In this document: positions 61,401 to 64,000 of the stretch, one piece after another
How the letters are laid out: every line of letters starts with the position of its first letter
Position numbering within the stretch: position 1 is the first letter of the stretch
From: an uncultured bacterium
GTDB lineage: Bacteria > Fidelibacterota > Marinisomatia > SCGC-AAA003-L08 > JACNLC01
DNA length: 64,000 bases
Direction: 5' to 3'
Assembly: GCA_964527215.1 (NCBI GenBank)
Contig: CAZGNZ010000001.1
Location: forward strand, 129,276-193,275
Position numbers and translations under genes: made by a program
The notes under the pieces: generated by a model
What the model was told of the DNA's origin: nothing
What the model saw: the letters and a program-made list of their open reading frames with translations, nothing else
The model's database searches: none

Positions 61401-64000
61401 AGTTCAACATACGGCAGTACCGGTTCAGCTGAGTTGTGCAGGCCGTCTTCATTATAATCATAGAAGACTTTTCCAAAAATGAATCCCCTGCTGGAGAAGC
61501 TGTCCGGTTTTACAAGTACTTCTGCTGTGACGGGTGCGGAGTAGATGATTGTTCCGCCGGTCTCTGTCCCTGCGACAGCCTCATTGATCCGGGTGCCGAC
61601 GGGTGCGTTCAGACCAATAACAGTGCGGTACTGCAGTTTGACTGAGCTGCCTGCCGGCAGTTCATCTGCCAGTTCCCAGCGCAGGAAAATCTGATCGGAT
61701 TGATCTGCAGTTTGTACTGGATCAGGAACCGGTTCACCATTCAGGTATGATGTTCCGGTTTTGTATTTAAATCCTTCGGGGAGCAAATCTTCAACAAACA
61801 GCTGCGTCAGATCCGTGGTTTCACTTTCATTTTGAACAGTGACTGTATAATTCACATAATCACCGGTGACAGCGGAACGGCGGCTTGCCTTTTTCTCTGC
61901 AGACAGGAAGGGAAGGGTCAGTATGGTGCCGGCATTGGTGGCGGGGTGATCACTGGTATATACCGAATCCTGGCCAGTTACCGCCATGGCAACATTTTCG
62001 ATGTCATAAATTCCGCCGGTAAATATATCGGATTCGATTCGGGTCCGGAAGGATACCGTATCCATTTCAGATTCAGCAAAATAGGGGGCAAAGAACCGGA
62101 GGGTGTTGGTAACGTCATCAAAAGAGTCAAACTGGATACCCTCGGAGAGGATAAGTGATTCAGGCAGGTATTCCAGGCCGTCCGGCAGCATGTCAATGAG
62201 CCAGGTGGTATCAGCTATCGGAAATGAATCTGTCCCGAATACGATGCGGTAGGACAATGTATCGCCCACATTTGCAGTGGTTTCCTGTACGGTTTTATAG
62301 GCGGTGAGTGACACACGGTTCAGTGCAATATTGGCATTGATGATGTAATTCCCGTCAACCAGTTCATTGAGCACCAGATCACCATTGCTGTAGGACGACA
62401 CTCCGTTGTAGATCAACTGGAGCTGATAATTTCCGGGATTCAGTTCCGTGAATGCATAGAATCCGGTGGCATCCGTCCAGGTTGTGTCATTCTCCATATC
62501 CTCCAGGAATGCACTGCGTCCCATGCCGTCATCCGGAACCGGGGTCAGAATCACGGGGATACCGGCTTCCTCTATCACTTCGCCGGTGACCTCGTCAATT
62601 ACCCAGCCGGAAATGGAAACCCAATTGGGAATAATAACATTGTCAGCCAGATCATCCTCGGAAATTTCCAGGATCTGACCCAATGTGATCGGGTTTCCGG
62701 ATTGGTCGAATACGGTAATATTAATGGTATAGGAATCCGGAAAATACACAGGTACAAGATAATCACCGGTGACACCGGTCGTATCTGATCCCAATGTTTC
62801 GCCGTTGGAATCCAGGATGGTTACGATAGCGCCCACGATAGGATTGCCCTGATAGTCAAGGACATCCCCGGCAATGGCACTGGGATAGAAAATCACCTGT
62901 GTCGTGTCATAAGCGAAATCTGTATCCGTGTAGTACGTGACAGCGTCCGCATTGGAAACGATGGTGGCATTCAGCACCACTTCCGACACCAGCTGTGAGT
63001 ACGCGGTGCCCTGCTGGGTCATAACGGTGACCAGATTGGGATCTATGGTTCCCCGGTCTGCAGTAAATGTTACGGGAACACTTCGCGGTACCGGATTGCC
63101 AAGGAAGGTTTTCACCGGTGCGATGAGTGTGCTGAAGTTCACGCCGTTACCGAGAATAGCGTTGGGAGATGCAAACAACTCCAGAGTCAGCGGAAGAACA
63201 TTGGTTGTGGTTGCAATATCATATGCACTGATGTTTTCATCACATACCGCAAACGCCTCATTGCTGACCTGCATGCCGTCCGGCAGATTAGGATCGAGCT
63301 GAACATCCACGTTGAATGAGCGGAAGTCTCCTGCAGGCAGTTCCGGGATCACCCAACGAACTTCACGACTGAACGAATCGTAGGTGCCGCTGTTGTCTGC
63401 AGAAACAAAGAACAGCTCGGGAGCGAGTGTATCCGAAACCGTAACATTGGTGGCGGTATCGGATCCGTTGTTCATCACCAGAATATTGTAGGTCAGGGTA
63501 TCGGTTGGAAATGCCTCGATGGGTCCCATTTTCTCCAGTACGAGATTTGGAGCTGAGATCACCTCTACCACGGCACTGTTCAAAGATTCACCGGTTTCCT
63601 CCGCCTGGACTGATACGACATTTTCATGCAGACTCAGATTGGCAATGGGTATGACAAATCCCGCAGTCAGTTCAATATTCACTGTTTCATCCGCATTCAT
63701 CTGGGGAATGACCCACTGAACGATTCCGTCAGTATGCGTGCCGTTGTGGGAGGAATTCAGGTATTCCATCGTATTGGGAAGGGTATCCGTGACAGTTATA
63801 TTCGTGACTGGAATAATATTATGATTGGATATGGATAGATTGTACAGAACGTCATCATATACCAGATAACTGTTTTCTTCAGTGGATTTATCGACAGTCA
63901 GAGAGAGTTCATATAAAACCGGATTCACGTTTATCAGCCAGGTGCCTGAGTCCAGTTCGATATTCCTTATTTCTCCGTACTGATTCGGCTGCACACCGGT
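58442..64000 (-). CDS. Giant multidomain envelope protein (over 1850 aa; N-terminus outside the window): DUF11-type repeats, Big/Ig-like and CarboxypepD_reg/SdrD-B-like domains, two canonical and two degenerate OmpA-like peptidoglycan-binding modules
   Basis: DUF11-like repeats include …VTNITVTDTLPNTMEYL…, …ATNVTVSDTLAPELFFV… and …FVEDLLPEGFKYK…. Canonical OmpA_C modules lie at nt ~60731-61063 (…IIGHTDNVP…NNQELSAARAQNIRNYL…NRRIELRFV) and ~59543-59866 (…ITGHTDSVP…NNYELSRARAENIQKFL…NRRIELQF). The frame is open to the window edge. Confidence 0.8.
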   Translation of the reverse strand, partial: TGVQPNQYGEIRNIELDSGTWLINVNPVLYELSLTVDKSTEENSYLVYDDVLYNLSISNHNIIPVTNITVTDTLPNTMEYLNSSHNGTHTDGIVQWVIPQMNADETVNIELTAGFVIPIANLSLHENVVSVQAEETGESLNSAVVEVISAPNLVLEKMGPIEAFPTDTLTYNILVMNNGSDTATNVTVSDTLAPELFFVSADNSGTYDSFSREVRWVIPELPAGDFRSFNVDVQLDPNLPDGMQVSNEAFAVCDENISAYDIATTTNVLPLTLELFASPNAILGNGVNFSTLIAPVKTFLGNPVPRSVPVTFTADRGTIDPNLVTVMTQQGTAYSQLVSEVVLNATIVSNADAVTYYTDTDFAYDTTQVIFYPSAIAGDVLDYQGNPIVGAIVTILDSNGETLGSDTTGVTGDYLVPVYFPDSYTINITVFDQSGNPITLGQILEISEDDLADNVIIPNWVSISGWVIDEVTGEVIEEAGIPVILTPVPDDGMGRSAFLEDMENDTTWTDATGFYAFTELNPGNYQLQLIYNGVSSYSNGDLVLNELVDGNYIINANIALNRVSLTAYKTVQETTANVGDTLSYRIVFGTDSFPIADTTWLIDMLPDGLEYLPESLILSEGIQFDSFDDVTNTLRFFAPYFAESEMDTVSFRTRIESDIFTGGIYDIENVAMAVTGQDSVYTSDHPATNAGTILTLPFLSAEKKASRRSAVTGDYVNYTVTVQNESETTDLTQLFVEDLLPEGFKYKTGTSYLNGEPVPDPVQTADQSDQIFLRWELADELPAGSSVKLQYRTVIGLNAPVGTRINEAVAGTETGGTIIYSAPVTAEVLVKPDSFSSRGFIFGKVFYDYNEDGLHNSAEPVLPYVELVMENGIRVVSDEYGKYSIPNVAPGAHAVRINRATLPEDAEGRIISNAQLNNPWMRKVDMIPGGMVKANFALETPQHGSLDVDVCQVPEISYSLKVSPVIYELNEFEPFELSTHYHFESGSAVLHPDDLAQAAKLARFMILQDNISLQIIGHTDNVPVTIRESYKNNQELSAARAQNIRNYLLQNYSIAPERIAAFGKGAAQPVASNHTKSGRAMNRRIELRFVASQVDQAENDQLTVTMNFEYHHSAPLSMVTASVAIPQGFRYIGQSAEFRGQPITASRTAHNLITWQLGGMQHHFNETLRFRIAPAAEGPLPHIGRISGHVEYTNSEGTVHTSEPVEASYAVAARGLVISSLTESEGLNLLSDRFSPEILETLDETAEFLKWQKHINLDILTYSANPDSPALTRTNRFGEQVKMVLTDRHGIAPDRLTVLSYGGFFTSGNRLDLSIRANRIYPAEIRPLLPGSRTEEIKTGKAAGTGCQESAETILHAELQTPEILTLRENLPLNINARFHFKSNSARLSSVDMNELWNIARLMNLYSDITLEITGHTDSVPVQSGSAYKNNYELSRARAENIQKFLISESKIDGERITSRGKGPDQPIADNATAEGRRLNRRIELQFSSEELSAELPSLEFRIPLHISGSQSIRKLEFEIPTPKGFIWAEGKSLYNHQPLKTEMNGGLITLSLPVNGKNISGDITGAFLVQHAAETGSVTRLECRVQAQYSDGTRDEIGRMNRWVHTPLDRVYLETPVSREDFIDGKPIQPQMLIKLNQIGRLLNWQPELNLTILGMQTAEDDFNRVAGWSLTVSDFLIREYNIESERIHSRVDIHNAGSRLTQPNLMTLLITPVNTQKSSVIDNLIPAVIHTEMDSHTGAAGHTAPVVIMPDSNGRFTVRLVLHSDSLPDADQLLGTITIPKSMAFTRQAGDVIQLSAPLSGPVVNLVQEIHLTDLDSKTDKQSIRLNLEFRQGQKKLNIQYPELIELEVR

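Overview
This 64-kb window comes from a Gram-negative bacterium. A T9SS-type C-terminal sorting domain, a DUF2851 gene and a bS22-like micro-ORF suggest the FCB superphylum (Ignavibacteria/Marinimicrobia/Calditrichota-like), but that placement is inference only. No rRNA, tRNA, CRISPR array, transposase or integrase was recognised.

Layout:
- 1-7.9 kb, housekeeping on the + strand: scpA (partial), scpB, a pseudouridine synthase, cmk, rpsA, tsaD and a large membrane protein.
- 7.9-26 kb, surface-polysaccharide locus: rfbB, rfbA, rfbC, a Wza-like exporter, Wzx, Wzz, Wzy-like, two GT4 glycosyltransferases, a WecA-like initiating transferase and a secreted barrel-like protein.
- 19.55-22.77 kb, inside that locus: a non-coding, strand-asymmetric (C-rich, G-poor) higher-order tandem repeat. 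It has seven units of about 435-507 bp and a super-period of about 1425 bp. Each unit carries a canonical G-quadruplex motif on the minus strand.
- 26.4-35.5 kb, housekeeping: serS, plsC, DUF2851, an MltD-like transglycosylase, sppA, HU/IHF, an unlisted 31-aa basic micro-ORF, xseA, xseB and nadK.
- 35.6-54.5 kb, minus strand: the standout multihaem-cytochrome supercluster described below.
- 55.3-64 kb: a giant (over 1850 aa, truncated by the window) DUF11/Ig/OmpA-repeat protein, tightly coupled to a 1030-aa outer-membrane barrel.

The supercluster has eight c-type cytochromes with 78 canonical CxxCH motifs by hand count. Its components are:
- two multihaem-cytochrome-c::cytochrome-b fusions (CbcL-like);
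- a Tat-FeS plus NrfD quinone module with a 13-haem partner and no catalytic subunit;
- a porin-cytochrome-like gene trio with a tandem-rhodanese lipoprotein;
- a 9-haem protein with dockerin-like repeats and a T9SS sorting tail;
- two paralogous MerR regulators fused to a Cys-rich two-CW-like domain.

Together these read as a complete quinone-pool-to-cell-surface electron conduit. One cytochrome is interrupted by a single in-frame UGA followed 11 nt later by a hairpin. Inverted copies of a REP-like hairpin element bracket the second module.
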